A model generated the notes under the pieces. It was not told the DNA's origin and ran no database searches. It saw nothing but the letters and a program-made list of their open reading frames with translations. A stretch of 52,764 bases of DNA from Atractiella rhizophila (lineage: Eukaryota). Made by a program: the position numbers and the translations under genes. The stretch spans positions 1-52,764 of the forward strand of contig MU271496.1 of NCBI GenBank assembly GCA_021432655.1, written 5' to 3'. Positions 11,001-22,700 of this stretch are shown one piece after another (the stretch's first letter is position 1; every line of letters starts with the position of its first letter).

Positions 11001-12765
11001 TTCGTGGGCTCTAGTCCAGCGTGTTATCTCCCAGAATGAAAGAAAGAAAAACATCGATGTCATGCAAGCATGCAAGGATGATCAGGGGACAGAGTCAATC
11101 GCACTGGCGCATCTCATCACCCCAGTAACATTACTCCATGGCACTCCAATCCACCTCTCCATTCTTCCCTCTTTCCTTTCTCGCCTACCTCCATCACTTC
11201 ACATGCTCCGGATCACATTTCTCTTACCCATTCGATTCTGGATGTTCGGATATGGGCCATCGAAATCATCCTACTTCTCTGTGGCGGGTCTCGAAAATGG
11301 AGTCGAACCCGACGGTGCAGTGATTCTTTGCATCGCGTTGGAGGGGGAAGGCATTATGGTAATTTTTGGGGATACTAAATGTCGTGCATTCTCGGAATTG
11401 GAGCGCCTGTCTCCGGAGCCCTTCACATGCACTTTTCATCTTCCAGATAATCACTCTCAGGTCCTCTTCGAACCCGTTGCCCTGTACTCCTGGAAGAAAC
11501 GGCGTTTCATTCCTCACAGCGAATGGGAGGAATCAACCATCCCATCCACCGGTCTGGGGACGACCATACAACTCTCCCTCTCCACAACTCGACCTACAGG
11601 TATTAGTTTATGCAGTATCACACACCTTCCTACTGAGATCCTCTCACTCATCTTCGAGTTTCTTTCATTCGATGAATCTGACTATCTCGTTTCCTTCAAG
11701 CAACTTTCTGCCGTCTGTCAGCTTTGGAGGGCTGTTTCAGTCCCTTATCTGAATGAAGATGTTTCTGTAAAGGAGAAGCATGCTCGTTTGACAGCTTATC
11801 CTAATGCTGGGCATTTGTGGACATCCCTCTCAGTTGACGATGACATCAGCATTGCGATGGCGAAAGATGTCATCGCTGGTTCGCCGAATGTTACGGAGGT
11901 GGCGATGGATGCATTTTGGAATGAAGAGGAGGCGAAGATTGTGTTGCATGCGATTGAAGGCTTCATGAGGTTGGATGACGTAATGTTTGGAGGGCGAGGT
12001 TTGAGACAGTGGAACAAGGATGAGGTCGAGAATTTTATGTGGAGGATGGGTGACAGGATCAGAAAGTTGCGTGCTGTCGAAGTGGAGGACTCTGCCTCAT
12101 CAACATCACCAGGCCTTCAATTATCATCTGACCTCAAAACCCTAACGCTTCACGCATACCCGCCTCTCCCGTCGCTCTCCCTCCCACTCTCCCTCACGTC
12201 ATTGCGTCTAGACAATCTGTGTCCCCTCCCTCCCTCCGTCTCTGGCTCCTGTCTGCCGCCTCTTCTAGAAGAACTCGAGATCAAGCTCGCTTCCTACTTG
12301 CCTAATGGGAAGATCTCCATCCTACCCATTCCGCTTGAGCTATCACACCTCAAACATCTCACACACCTCGAACTTGATGGAGGTGAGGAAACTTCAAACC
12401 TCATTTCCCCCCAGTTCTTCCACACACTCGCAAATGCAAAAGCAATAGGCTATATAGAGGTTCGGTACTGTGTTGTGGACTGGGAATTCACTCAGTTCGT
12501 ATTCTCAGATTTCATTCGCTGGTTCTTTGGGGACAGAGGGGTGAAGGAGGGGGGAGATGCAGTGGATGTTGCTGACAAGGTGAAGAGGAGGAGAGGACAC
12601 TATTTGGCGGTCGAGCTGTTCTTTGGAGCATGGCCTGAGGAAGAGATATGCATGGCTAGGAGCACCTTGAGAGATTTTGGTGTGAGCGAGGAGGATAAAT
12701 CTACATGTGTTTGGGAGGGTGGGGAGGATGATCCTGGAGGTACTCAGATTTTACTCACGGTCTAG
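10996..12765 (+). CDS. F-box/LRR protein, copy B (first in-frame ATG at 11062; start uncertain)
   Basis: Uninterrupted ORF colinear with copy A over its whole length; same F-box and LRR motifs. Confidence 0.85.
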   Translation: MRSWALVQRVISQNERKKNIDVMQACKDDQGTESIALAHLITPVTLLHGTPIHLSILPSFLSRLPPSLHMLRITFLLPIRFWMFGYGPSKSSYFSVAGLENGVEPDGAVILCIALEGEGIMVIFGDTKCRAFSELERLSPEPFTCTFHLPDNHSQVLFEPVALYSWKKRRFIPHSEWEESTIPSTGLGTTIQLSLSTTRPTGISLCSITHLPTEILSLIFEFLSFDESDYLVSFKQLSAVCQLWRAVSVPYLNEDVSVKEKHARLTAYPNAGHLWTSLSVDDDISIAMAKDVIAGSPNVTEVAMDAFWNEEEAKIVLHAIEGFMRLDDVMFGGRGLRQWNKDEVENFMWRMGDRIRKLRAVEVEDSASSTSPGLQLSSDLKTLTLHAYPPLPSLSLPLSLTSLRLDNLCPLPPSVSGSCLPPLLEELEIKLASYLPNGKISILPIPLELSHLKHLTHLELDGGEETSNLISPQFFHTLANAKAIGYIEVRYCVVDWEFTQFVFSDFIRWFFGDRGVKEGGDAVDVADKVKRRRGHYLAVELFFGAWPEEEICMARSTLRDFGVSEEDKSTCVWEGGEDDPGGTQILLTV

Positions 12766-13326
12766 AGAAGCCACGACAAGATGGTGCACGGTTCCTTCTC
12801 CTCCACAACTAACACGACATTGAAAATGGTTGACTGGTGGCAGAGCTGGAAATCGTTCGGGATGATGCCATCCGTCCAGCCATCCCCCTCCTATTCAACA
12901 TAACCCACCTCCCAAAGGTCACCCTCCCTTGCACTCGACACCTTGTTCCAGTGGAATACAATGCTATCCAAATCATACCGTCATCATTTTGGCTGGATAT
13001 GTTCGGTTTCCCAAGTTTATACGTTGGTTTTTCGGGATCAGGAGGAACGGGATATGAAGATGGATGAGGATGGATGGCCAGAGAAGTTGAAGTTTGAAGT
13101 TGAGCTCTGTTGAGGCATGAGGATCTTTCCAGCTTTATTTGCTTCTAAACCTTGGATAGTGGATTTGCATAAAGAAGATCATAATATTTTCGGTGTGTAT
13201 TTTCAAGGTGTCTTCTCACCTCACAGTACTTCTGCCAATCCCCTGTAAAATCGTGTGGAAGAGTTGGACCTCATGGAAACCATGGTCAAGAACTGCTTGT
13301 CAATCATCTTTTTACCTTTAGCTCAG

Positions 13327-13745
13327 TGTTAGGGCAAACACTATGTGCGGTGGCCAATGGGCGATGCGTCTGTAGTGGAGGTAAACTTTAAGAAAATACT
13401 CTAAGGTCACCACCACTACATCTCGATGTAAATATACTTATGTAAAGGCACTGCCATAAACAGTAACGTATGTTTCTTGAAACACATAAGATAGCTAGAT
13501 CAGGAAAGCAATAAAGGGAATACTCGGAAATAAGATATAACTGAGCAATACTAGTGAGAAGGGATAATGAGGCGAAATGTATAAGGTTTGCTGAGTGGCG
13601 ATTCATGTGAGAAAAGGGGATAGCAGCGGACAGCGCGGGCATGAGCAAAGCGTCGATGGGTAAGCACGTGATCCCATGCCGTGGCGAAATAGGTCACATG
13701 ACTTCAGATGGAGCATTTCGGTAATGCGTAGGGGCAAGCCTGACA
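13327..13745 (-). mobile_element. Solo LTR of Gypsy LTR family A (diverged copy)
   Basis: Reverse complement runs TGTCAGGCTTGCCCCTACG...GCCCTAACA like the LTRs at 24454 and 51638; flanks CTCAG / ACAGC do not form a TSD. Confidence 0.9.
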
Positions 13746-13775
13746 ACAGCCCCCAAATTTCTGACTAGTGTGCAG

Positions 13776-15026
13776 AGCTTTTCCTGTTCGACACAAAAAA
13801 GTGTCTGGCGAAGGAGGAGGAATGAAAACGGACAGCGGTTGAAAGTAAGCGTCGAGCGACGGAGGAGAATTTGTGCGCTCAGAAGTCGAGTGCAGCAGTG
13901 AAAGGATCCGAGGTTGGGGTCGTGAGGGCGTTGTCTGATCACCTGGTGACTGCGACTACTTTTGTTCTGCCTGCAGCGTTGGATGATAGAAACCCGTTCG
14001 CCGTTGCGCCAGTCGCCAAATTTGTAGTGCGCGACGGGAAAGTGCGAATCGATGACAAGGAATTAGATGCGGCGAAATACTGGTACTTCTGGCCAAGGAC
14101 TCGTGAGGCCTATTCTCACACTGCGGTGAACATCAATCTGGGCGAGTTGGAACTCGAATTGGTTATCACGACTCCTCAGGCGAATCTGCGCATTCTTCCC
14201 ACATTGGCAAGCATTGGGACGCAGCGATGTAGCAATTGTACTAGAAAAATTCGTGCGGCACCTATCAAAGCGGCAAAAAAAGAAGGCCAAGGCTGACAAC
14301 GACTCCCAGGTGTGCGACTTCTCTGCTGGGCATGTTGCAACCGCGTTCGGTCAGGCCTGTTCGCGTTGTCACAGTTTGCGAAAAAGGTGTGAGCTTTTTT
14401 GCCTTTGAGATATTTGCGAGAGCTCTCGATGTTAGTCGTAATGTCAACTACATTCCATCCTAAATGCGTCGGCAACGGGAAAAATGCCCATCGGCTTTTG
14501 CTGAGAGCAACTACAAGAACCTATTGGACACCGACGAAGACTCTCCCGCGCATTCGATGCTGAGCGCCGCTCGGTTGTACTCCGAAGCGTTCAGCATGAA
14601 TTTCGCACAAACGATGCTCGCGGCTGCCAGGTTGAATGCACAAGAGGGGGTGGATACTCTTAAGGCCCCCAAGTTGCAAATGGAGTTGTATAAGAAGAGG
14701 CAGGATGATCGTACTGCGGAGGATGGGGCAAGTGAGGGTTCTGTGGTGGAAGGTGTGATCGCCGATGTGACCGGTAGGGTGAGGTTATCCATTTTTCGGC
14801 GACACACCTGACTATGCAGGCTTGTTTAGGTATCGTACGGCATCTAACCCGTCATCAGTTGCAAAAAAGATGTCGCATCGGCGAAATCGAGTTCCGACTT
14901 GGCGACTTAAAACCTTCGTTGGCCCAAGAGGCCTATGACAATTCTAATTATGATGCGTATTCTGTTTCCTTTTCGAGTAGTAGTGATAGCGAGGAATCTG
15001 TCCAGAGTGGTGATTTTGAGCTTTGA
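13776..15026 (+). pseudogene. Degenerate spliced gene with a Cys-cluster (CxxC...C...CxxC...C) motif, antisense to the Gypsy A pol remnant
   Basis: Frame LFLFDTKKCLAKEEE*KRTAVESKRR...QRCSNCTRK; after a frameshift in an A-run continues VCDFSAGH...ACSRCHSLRKRC; further ORFs 14464-14811 and 14814-15026; branch/acceptor CTGAC...GTGCAG at 13761-13775. Confidence 0.5.
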
Positions 15027-15051
15027 AATGTATGTAGTTTGCGTCTCAGTA

Positions 15052-15409
15052 CAGTCATTTGCAAAATTAGTGTCATTTCTCACTCGTCGTCAACTTCATG
15101 CCGGCCACTCCCCGGGTGGCAAATTTACGTCATTGTCGGTGACGGCGTAGATCACGTGCATGCAGCAAATGATTTCTTGGACATTCTGTTTTGAAAGAGA
15201 GCTTAATAGGTAGGAATGTGAACACACATTCTGGGATGCACATTAGAGCGTAGGAATTTGCCTGAAAGACATGTCAAAAGGTGTTTGTTGGACTTGTTGA
15301 GTGTTGACGCATCACCAAAAGCGCCAGCCTGCGTCGCTATGCGATGCGGAAGGCGGCCGGCATGAAGTTGACGACGAGCAACAAACGACACTAATTTTGC
15401 AAATGACTG
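15052..15409. mobile_element. Tc1/mariner-type MITE
   Basis: ~60-bp imperfect TIRs starting CAGTCATTTGCAAAATTAGTGTC; TA on both sides (15050-15051, 15410-15411). Confidence 0.8.
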
Positions 15410-15495
15410 TATCAGCGGCGAATTGCTGGGCGTCGACAAGTGTACACTTTGTCATGGTGGCATCAGGGATTGTGGTGAGTGGGGACCCTTGGCAA

Positions 15496-15565
15496 AGTGG
15501 GTGAAGTAAGACTCACACTCCCCTGTCTAGAGTGGGTGAAGTAAGACTCACACTCCCCTGTCTAG
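15496..15565. repeat. Perfect 35-bp tandem duplication
   Basis: AGTGGGTGAAGTAAGACTCACACTCCCCTGTCTAG at 15496-15530 and 15531-15565. Confidence 0.95.
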
Positions 15566-15825
15566 TGGAGGACCCTCAGGCGTTCCTCCCACTAGCTAGC
15601 CAAGCTTATTTTGGAGCTCGCAACCAAATAGGCCTGGCCCACGCGCTCGTGGACACAACGCGCAGTATAACCGGTCGGCGGTTTGTGTGCTCGTCGCCGG
15701 TCTATCGTCTTTGTGACGTAATGTGTTGTTGAGCGAACAAGGACGTGTAAACCAAAAAAGCAAAAGCAAAAATGGCATAGAATAACATCAAAACAGAGTG
15801 TAAGGTGAAGGGGAGTCGTTGTGCA

Positions 15826-16270
15826 CCTCGCAATTGAGGGATTTTTTGAAATTTGACCGGTGTTATTTTGGTGCAATACGCAACCGTCCGGTGAAAACGG
15901 GCGGGACAACTCACCAACAAACCGGTCTCCGATCTGTCCGTTGAGGAACAGACCGGCGCCTCACTTAGACCTATGTTCAACAATGTGACTAAGGATTCAC
16001 CCAGCGAGGCGTACAGAGGAGTAGGTCCTCCTAAAGTGAGGGGGAGGGGACCTCGCGATTGAGGGCAATTTTTGTAAATGCGACATTGGTGATGGTGTGA
16101 GAACGCAATGAGCATTCGTCTTTGACAGGCGATGAATGGACTCACCAATGACCAAGTCGCCGACCTGCCCATTGAGGAGCAAGTCGGCGCCTTGCCTTGA
16201 CCTAAGTATCAAAGACTAGGATTTCACCCGGCAAGGCATATAGGGGTGTTGGACCCCTTAAAGTGAGGAA
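15826..16270 (-). repeat. Two diverged ~225-bp tandem repeats with conserved predicted secondary structure (candidate structured RNA)
   Basis: Units ~15826-16050 and ~16051-16270 share anchors (CCTCGC.ATTGAGGG, ACTCACCAA, TAAAGTGAGG) and keep several stems through compensatory changes. Confidence 0.75.
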
Positions 16271-16743
16271 GACCCTCCAGCGCGTTTTCGTCGAAGGTTA
16301 CGAGAACACGCATTTGGGCGATTTTTTGCGGAGTTCGGTATGGAATCGGGACGAACTGCGAGAGGGTGTGCAGTGTGATAGTCTTTTATAGCATCCTGTG
16401 AATTTTCCAGATCTGCGATGCTGATCCACTTGTCCTCAGATGGTGAATACCCTTTGTACCGAACGTGATATTTGAAAACTCTATCACGGGTACCAAACCA
16501 TTTTCCATGAACAATTTTTTCCACTTCCCACTCTTTAATTCCGTTCACCAATTCTGGAGGTGGTTTGGGCAACTGGACTCTGCCAGGGATGTCGTCTTTG
16601 TTGACTTTTCGTATTAGGCCCACATGGAACACTGGATGTATCTTCCATGAGGATGGTAATTCGAGTTTAAGGTTGAGGGGACCCAAAACTTGCAAAACGC
16701 GAAAGGGGCCATGCCATTTGTCGTCCAACTTTTTGACAGGTCT
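16258..16743 (-). mobile_element. Gypsy element A remnant: integrase C-terminus (GPF motif) and chromodomain
   Basis: KKLDDKWHGPFRV...IHPVFHV and WEVEKIV...YHVRYKGYSPSEDKW; cut at 16743 by LTR B. Confidence 0.92.
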
Positions 16744-17199
16744 TGTAAAGGTTAGACGGTTTTACAACTAGACTTTACAAAGTATATGTCCTTTGATCTC
16801 TTTCACACTAGGTTTAAACAACAATCCTTTCGTAAGCTAGGCACAAGACGTGACGTCGTTGGTTGTCGGTAATCCTTATGTTATTCCGAAGATGTACTAT
16901 AAGATGAAATGTATACAAGAGGTTTGAAGGGTTGGTTGCGGAGGTGTTGATCCAGTCTCTGGAATGTGCTGAAGGAGTAGAGTCGTTGGAATGTCTGGAA
17001 TCCTTACTCGTTTGAGCTCCTTTTATGTGGTTATGGAATTGTTCCAGAATATTCCAGATACTCTAAGTGATGGCAGTTAAGGTTATTCAGAAAATATTCT
17101 AGACTGTTCTACCATATTCCAGAGTAATGTTCTAGGCTGTTCTAAGAGGTTCCAGAAGGTTCCAGTATCTCCTATAATGAATGTGGCCTAACCATTACA
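16744..17199 (-). mobile_element. 3' LTR of Gypsy element B
   Basis: TG...CA ends with imperfect terminal inverted repeat (TGTAAAGGTTAGAC / TGTAATGGTTAGGC); polypurine tract immediately 5' on the minus strand. Confidence 0.85.
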
Positions 17200-17200
17200 A

Positions 17201-17213
17201 CTTCCCCCTCCTT
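17201..17213 (-). other. Polypurine tract of Gypsy element B
   Basis: AAGGAGGGGGAAG on the minus strand, 1 nt before the LTR's TG. Confidence 0.85.
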
Positions 17214-17439
17214 GAAAGGAAGGCTTGTCCTCAAGCCTTGTTTAGAAAGAACCTATAGGGAACATGGCACTTTACTATCTTCTTTCATGAACAGTGTTCG
17301 ATTGTTCTTATTGATCTAGTGCCTTTGTATCATACAAGTTCTTTGCTTGAGAAATACAAATACAAGGGGTTCTCTTAGCCTAGCAATATAAGTACAAGTT
17401 GTTCGCTATATTCTTTAGAAAGAGATAGAAATTTTCCGA

Positions 17440-18549
17440 CATTTAGTGTCTGGCAGCATCAAAAGCCTTCAAAAACTTCCTAGTAGCTTTCATAGCTACA
17501 AGTAGTTTCCTACAAGCAGGTTGCCTGTGTAAGTCCTCGAGGGTTAGGCAATAGACAGGTCTTCCAATTGGGTGGTATCTTCCTGTCTCCGGATCACAGT
17601 TGAGAACTCTAAGATCTTCCAACCATTGGGTTCCGAGGTGTCAATCTTGCACATCATGATGCGATAAATGAGCGAGGCTTTGGTGAAGGCAGGGCTGAAG
17701 TCTCTCAGACTGGCTTATTCGACTTGGATGGGTGCTCGCCAAGGAAGAGGAGGAGAAGGAGGTTGACCATTGGGGATGATTCCGTAATACCCTCCTTGAA
17801 GGCTTCCAGGGCCGAAAGAGCAAATTTCTGTGGTAGCAAACATCTTGGCTGGGCTCTTCTTTGGAGGCCGATAAGCTGCAACATCTTGCAAACCAGTAGA
17901 CATGGTCTCCAAGGAGGGAAGGGTGATCGAGCTAGCCGTGTCGAAGATAGCGTCTTCAATGTCCGAAGTTGAAGCATCAGGTCTGAGCGATTGTGCAACA
18001 GCAACCGATTCGAGTTCATCGATTACTTCGATCGAAGGTGGAGATTGATTATTTGCACCCACGTTGGTTCTCTCCACCTGATTGTCACGTTGAGGGCGCT
18101 TAAAAGCAATCATTAATCAATGTTGCTACTTTGTGTAACAAGACTTATACAAGGGATCGGCCTAGTGAATTACTAAAGAACCATCCATCTACCTTCTCAA
18201 TATACTGATCCCAAGACCAGAAATCGACGATGTCAGGGTACATGGTGACAATAGTTCGTCCAGCGAGATATTTGTGGAAATCCGCAAGGTGGCAATAGGT
18301 ACCGCCGGGCGTCCATCAAATATAGATATCGTTACAGGAGTCCTCCAACATCCCAAGAAAGATGATTCTGTCATACAGTAAGCGTCTTATCATAATTATG
18401 AATTAAGCCTACTTTTCAAGATGCATAGGTATTTCCAGGCAATATTGCACAAAGCTATGGTGCTTCCAAACTTCGTGGAGTTCGAGGATATGAGGGTGCA
18501 TGTCGTGTTCAGTGATAGGGTCGTAAGAATCATCTTGATAGTGAGCCAT
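17440..18549 (-). pseudogene. Spliced accessory gene between pol and 3' LTR of Gypsy B (degenerate)
   Basis: ATG at 18549 (MAHYQDDSYDP...); phase-compatible GT-AG introns 18412-18368 and 18192-18099 join three exons in frame; one in-frame TGA in exon 2; 3' end uncertain. Confidence 0.55.
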
Positions 18550-19708
18550 GGCGAGTTTGGAGGGGTATTGAGGTATTTGGTGAAGTAGAGGTCCGAAGTG
18601 GAGAGTACTGAGAGGGGAGATTTATACTTTTCCTAGGTATGTTCTAGACTTTTCTATGCTTTTGAATTTATCCTGGAAGTGTGCTTATTGAGAGGGGAAA
18701 AGGGGGGAAATTTACAAGCACGGAGTGCAGCAGCCAAATTAAGCAGAAATTATCCAGGACAAACTTGTTTGTATCTTCTTCATTTTTTGCGTTATTATCG
18801 TTCTGAAAGTTGTGATAGACCTCCCTAACATGTACCTAGCATGTTCTATTGCTATTATACTCCATTATGATGAATCCTGCAAAGGCAATTTTCCACCCTT
18901 TTTCGCTTTTTTCTATAAAACAGATGGTTGGATCCCACAAAGGATAGGAATACTGGATAGAGGAAGTCTCAGAGGTTAGGGTTGTCTTAAATGCAAAGGG
19001 ATTACTATCAATTTAAAGGAAATATCATGGTTTGTCATTTTATAACTAGTCGGGATTTTTTTTGTGTTTCGCAAATGTAATAGCGTTCTAAGCTAAACAA
19101 ATTGTGACGACTAAGCAAAGCACACTTAGGGCTTTAAATCGAGCCTTAGACGGTCTTATTCCGTTGAATTTTGGCGAAGTTATGATGAAATTTCGAAAAT
19201 AGTCTCTGTGGTGCAATAGTGCATTGTTTTTCTTGTTTTATGCTCAGCTACTTAATAAGACTCAATGAAACATGGTATGGCTGAAAGACAATAGTCAGAG
19301 CTTTCAATTATCCCCTTAGAAGTCTGCTTTGTTTCTTGTTTAACAAAGAGACAGTCAATTTCGTGTTTTTTTTTTGTGAAAAGTCACATGACTTTCTCAA
19401 TTCTCCGTATTTTGAGGGGATTGAGTGAAGGGGGGCTCTCAGCTTGTAATTAGCCGTGTCCTTTCACGCTAAAAGTGTTGTTTTGATGTTATTAACCTGT
19501 TCACTCCTTTATCTCCTCTTAAATACCAATTATTCCACCAATTGCGCTTTTTTAGCCTTGTTTCTTGTTTGTCAGCGCTTTTTTTGTTGTTTTCATATTG
19601 TTATATGTTGTTTACTGAGGTATGGTCGTATGTAAGGAATGGAGAAAGGAGGGGAGGATGTGGGGAAGGAAAAACCAATGTAAATTACTGGATATATTTT
19701 TACCCTAT

Positions 19709-22700
19709 CTACTGCAAGTAAGGTTCCCCCACATGTTTTCCATCAACCTTGGGTGTGAGTAAAGGCTTCTTTTTCGCAATTTCTAAGGTAACATTGGCAT
19801 TATTATATCTGTTTCCAGAATAGGAAGTTCCAGGAAAGGCAAGTGTGCTGCGTTCGAATCCCAGTTGTGGATGCTTTTTTACTTGGAAGGGACGAGGCAT
19901 CTCACCATTAATAGAGGAAATGTAGACACTTTGGTAAGGGTACAATGGCCCTGTAGATGTGTATTGAACATCAGCCTTTGAAGTGTTATAGTTGGAATTG
20001 GGTTTAAGGGTTCGCTCATAATCTGTAACAGCATTTGGAGCATTTTTGAGGTTATCCAGAGTCTCCCAGGTCCATTCATGTTCAGGATAGCCTTTCCAGT
20101 CTACTAGATACTCTACTTTGTTTCTACGCACCCGTTTATTCAGTATTTTATTGACTTCGTACTCATCTTCATCATTAATGTCGAAGGGTGGTGGTTCTTG
20201 TTCCTCACGCCCTTTGAACTCTTCAGGGCTTTCTAACCATGGTTCTAAGTATTCCGTATTAACGATAGGGAGTATCTTTATGTTGGCTGGAAAGTCAATA
20301 AGACAAGAGTTTGAATAGACGTCCACAATTTCAAATGGTCCGATAAATCGTGGTCGAAGTTTCTTGCTCGTCCTGTCTGAGAAGAAATCGGCATTCAAGT
20401 TTTCAGTTGAAACTTTCACTAAGTCTCCTTCTTTGAACGCATGCAAACGTCGAGTAGGTTCCTTGTACTTGGCTTGTTGAAGTGAAGCGAGCTTAAGGCT
20501 TTCATGAGCAGCCAGAAGGTCAAGGTCAAGCTTTTCAATAAACTCTTCGGTAGAGGCTACTGTAATATCTGGTACCTGTAATCACTCCGGTGTGATAGGA
20601 TGAAAACCAGTGTCGAGTTCGAAAGGTGTTCGCCCAGTTGAGGCATGTACCGCATTGTTATACGCAAACTCGAGAGAAGGAAGAAGTTGGGCCCAATTGT
20701 CCTGTGCGTAGTTGATGTAGTGACGGAGTGCTTCTTTTAACACTCGCACTTGTCGTTCCGATTGTCCATCCATTTGAGGATGAAAGGCAGTTGAGAGGTT
20801 AAGCTTAGTATTGAAGGTCTGAAAGAGTGTTTTCCAAAACTGTGATGTGAATTTCGGGTCTCGGTCAGAGATGATGATCCTAAGGAGTCCATAAAGCCTA
20901 ACAATCTCTTTGAAAAATAGTTTTGCTAATGCCATTGCATCAATAGTTGTAAATGTAGGAATGAAGTGTGTTCGTTTGGAGAGTTTATCAACCACGATGA
21001 GCACAGGATCGTATTGTTCATGTCCAGATGCTGGAAGACCAACTGCGAAGTCCAGTGTTACCGTGTGCTATCTTGATGGTGGTATCCGTAAGGGTCTGAA
21101 AGATCCAATGGGTTTTTTATTTACAGCTTTATTTCTCTGGCAGCTCGGACAGGACTCAACATATCTTCTGACATCTTTTGTAAGGTTCTTCCAGTAGTAT
21201 GACTGAGAAACCAAAGCCACTGTCTTTGCGTAGCCAAAATGACCAGATGTTTCTGAATCATGTAATTCCTAATAATTTGAAGTTTAAGTGCTTTGAGGTC
21301 TGGAATACATAGTACCCAGTTATCTGTTACTTCATTTTTGTTATAAAGAAGTCCGCCAAGTAAACAGAAAAAACGAGAGAAGGTGGTGGGTTATCGCTTT
21401 GTAGTGCACTGATGATGTCTGCAAAAAATGCATCCTCCATATACCCCCTCCTTATTTTGTCGAGCTGCTCCGGATCCGCTTCTACAGTAGTGATGTTGTA
21501 TACCTCAGCATCATACTCTGAAGCAGGGAGAGGAGCACGAGATAAGGGGTCAACATTAGAGTGAATACGTCCTGCTTTACGGACTATGCGCATCTTCTCT
21601 CTATACGGTTGTAAATCCAGAGACCATCGCGTTAATCGTTTGTTACCTCCAGAGTAATCAAGTATCCACTGGAGTGCAGAGTGATCTGTGATCACTGTAA
21701 TTTCACATCCTTCGATGACTGGTGTGAGTTTCCTTAATCCCCACATAATCACAAGACACTCAAGTTTAGATGTGGTGTAGTTTTTCTCAGCTGAGGTAAG
21801 CTCTCAAGAGAGATACATGATAGGGTGTTCTTTCCCTTCCACATCTTTCTGAGCAAGAATAACACCTAGTCCGATAGTTGACACATCAGTATAAATAATG
21901 AACGGCTGGCTATAGTCTGGATGAGCAAGTACTGGTGCAGAACTAAGGACCTGAAGCAACTTTTCGAAAGAATGTTGACATTCTTCTGTCCACCTGAAGT
22001 CAGTCTCCTTTTTGAGTAGTTTTGTGATAGGAGCACACAGTTTTGCACAGTTTTCAATGAACTTGCGATAATATGCAATCATGCCCAGGAAACGTTGTAC
22101 TTCTTTTACCGTCTTGGGAGGAGGGAAACTCAGTATAGCTTCAACATTCTTCTTGTCCTTCATGATGCCTAGGTTTGAAATATTATGACCAAGGGCTTTG
22201 ATGTTGTGATAAAACAGGTGCGACTTGCTGAGCGATAATGTAAGTCCACTTGCAATGATCGTTTGAAGAACTGCTTCGTTGTGTGTTAAATGATCTTGAA
22301 ATGTTTTTGAATAGATGACAATGTCATCAATGTAAATAAGAGCATACTTCCACTTATGTTGTGCAAGTATCCTGTCCATGCCCCGCTGGAACACTGCCGG
22401 TCCGTTTTTAACACCTAGTGGCATTCGTTTGAAGTGATACAGCCCTTTATGCGTCCTAAAAGCTATTTTTCTCTATCTTCTTGATGTACAATCGGTATCT
22501 GATGGAAGCCTTTCATTGCATCATGGTTTGAGAACCATGACATGCCAGAAAACTGCCCAAGGATATCATCAATCCGTGGTAAAGGGTATTGATCTGCTTT
22601 CGTGATAGCGTTGTGTTTTCGATAGTCTTTCACAAAGTGTAGCTTTCCACCGGAAAATGTAATAACAACCGGAGCTGCCCATGCAGATACGGATTCTTCA

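Noticed and set aside
15496..15565. 35-bp direct repeats as a CRISPR array
   Set aside because: Only two adjacent copies, no spacer, eukaryotic context, no cas genes
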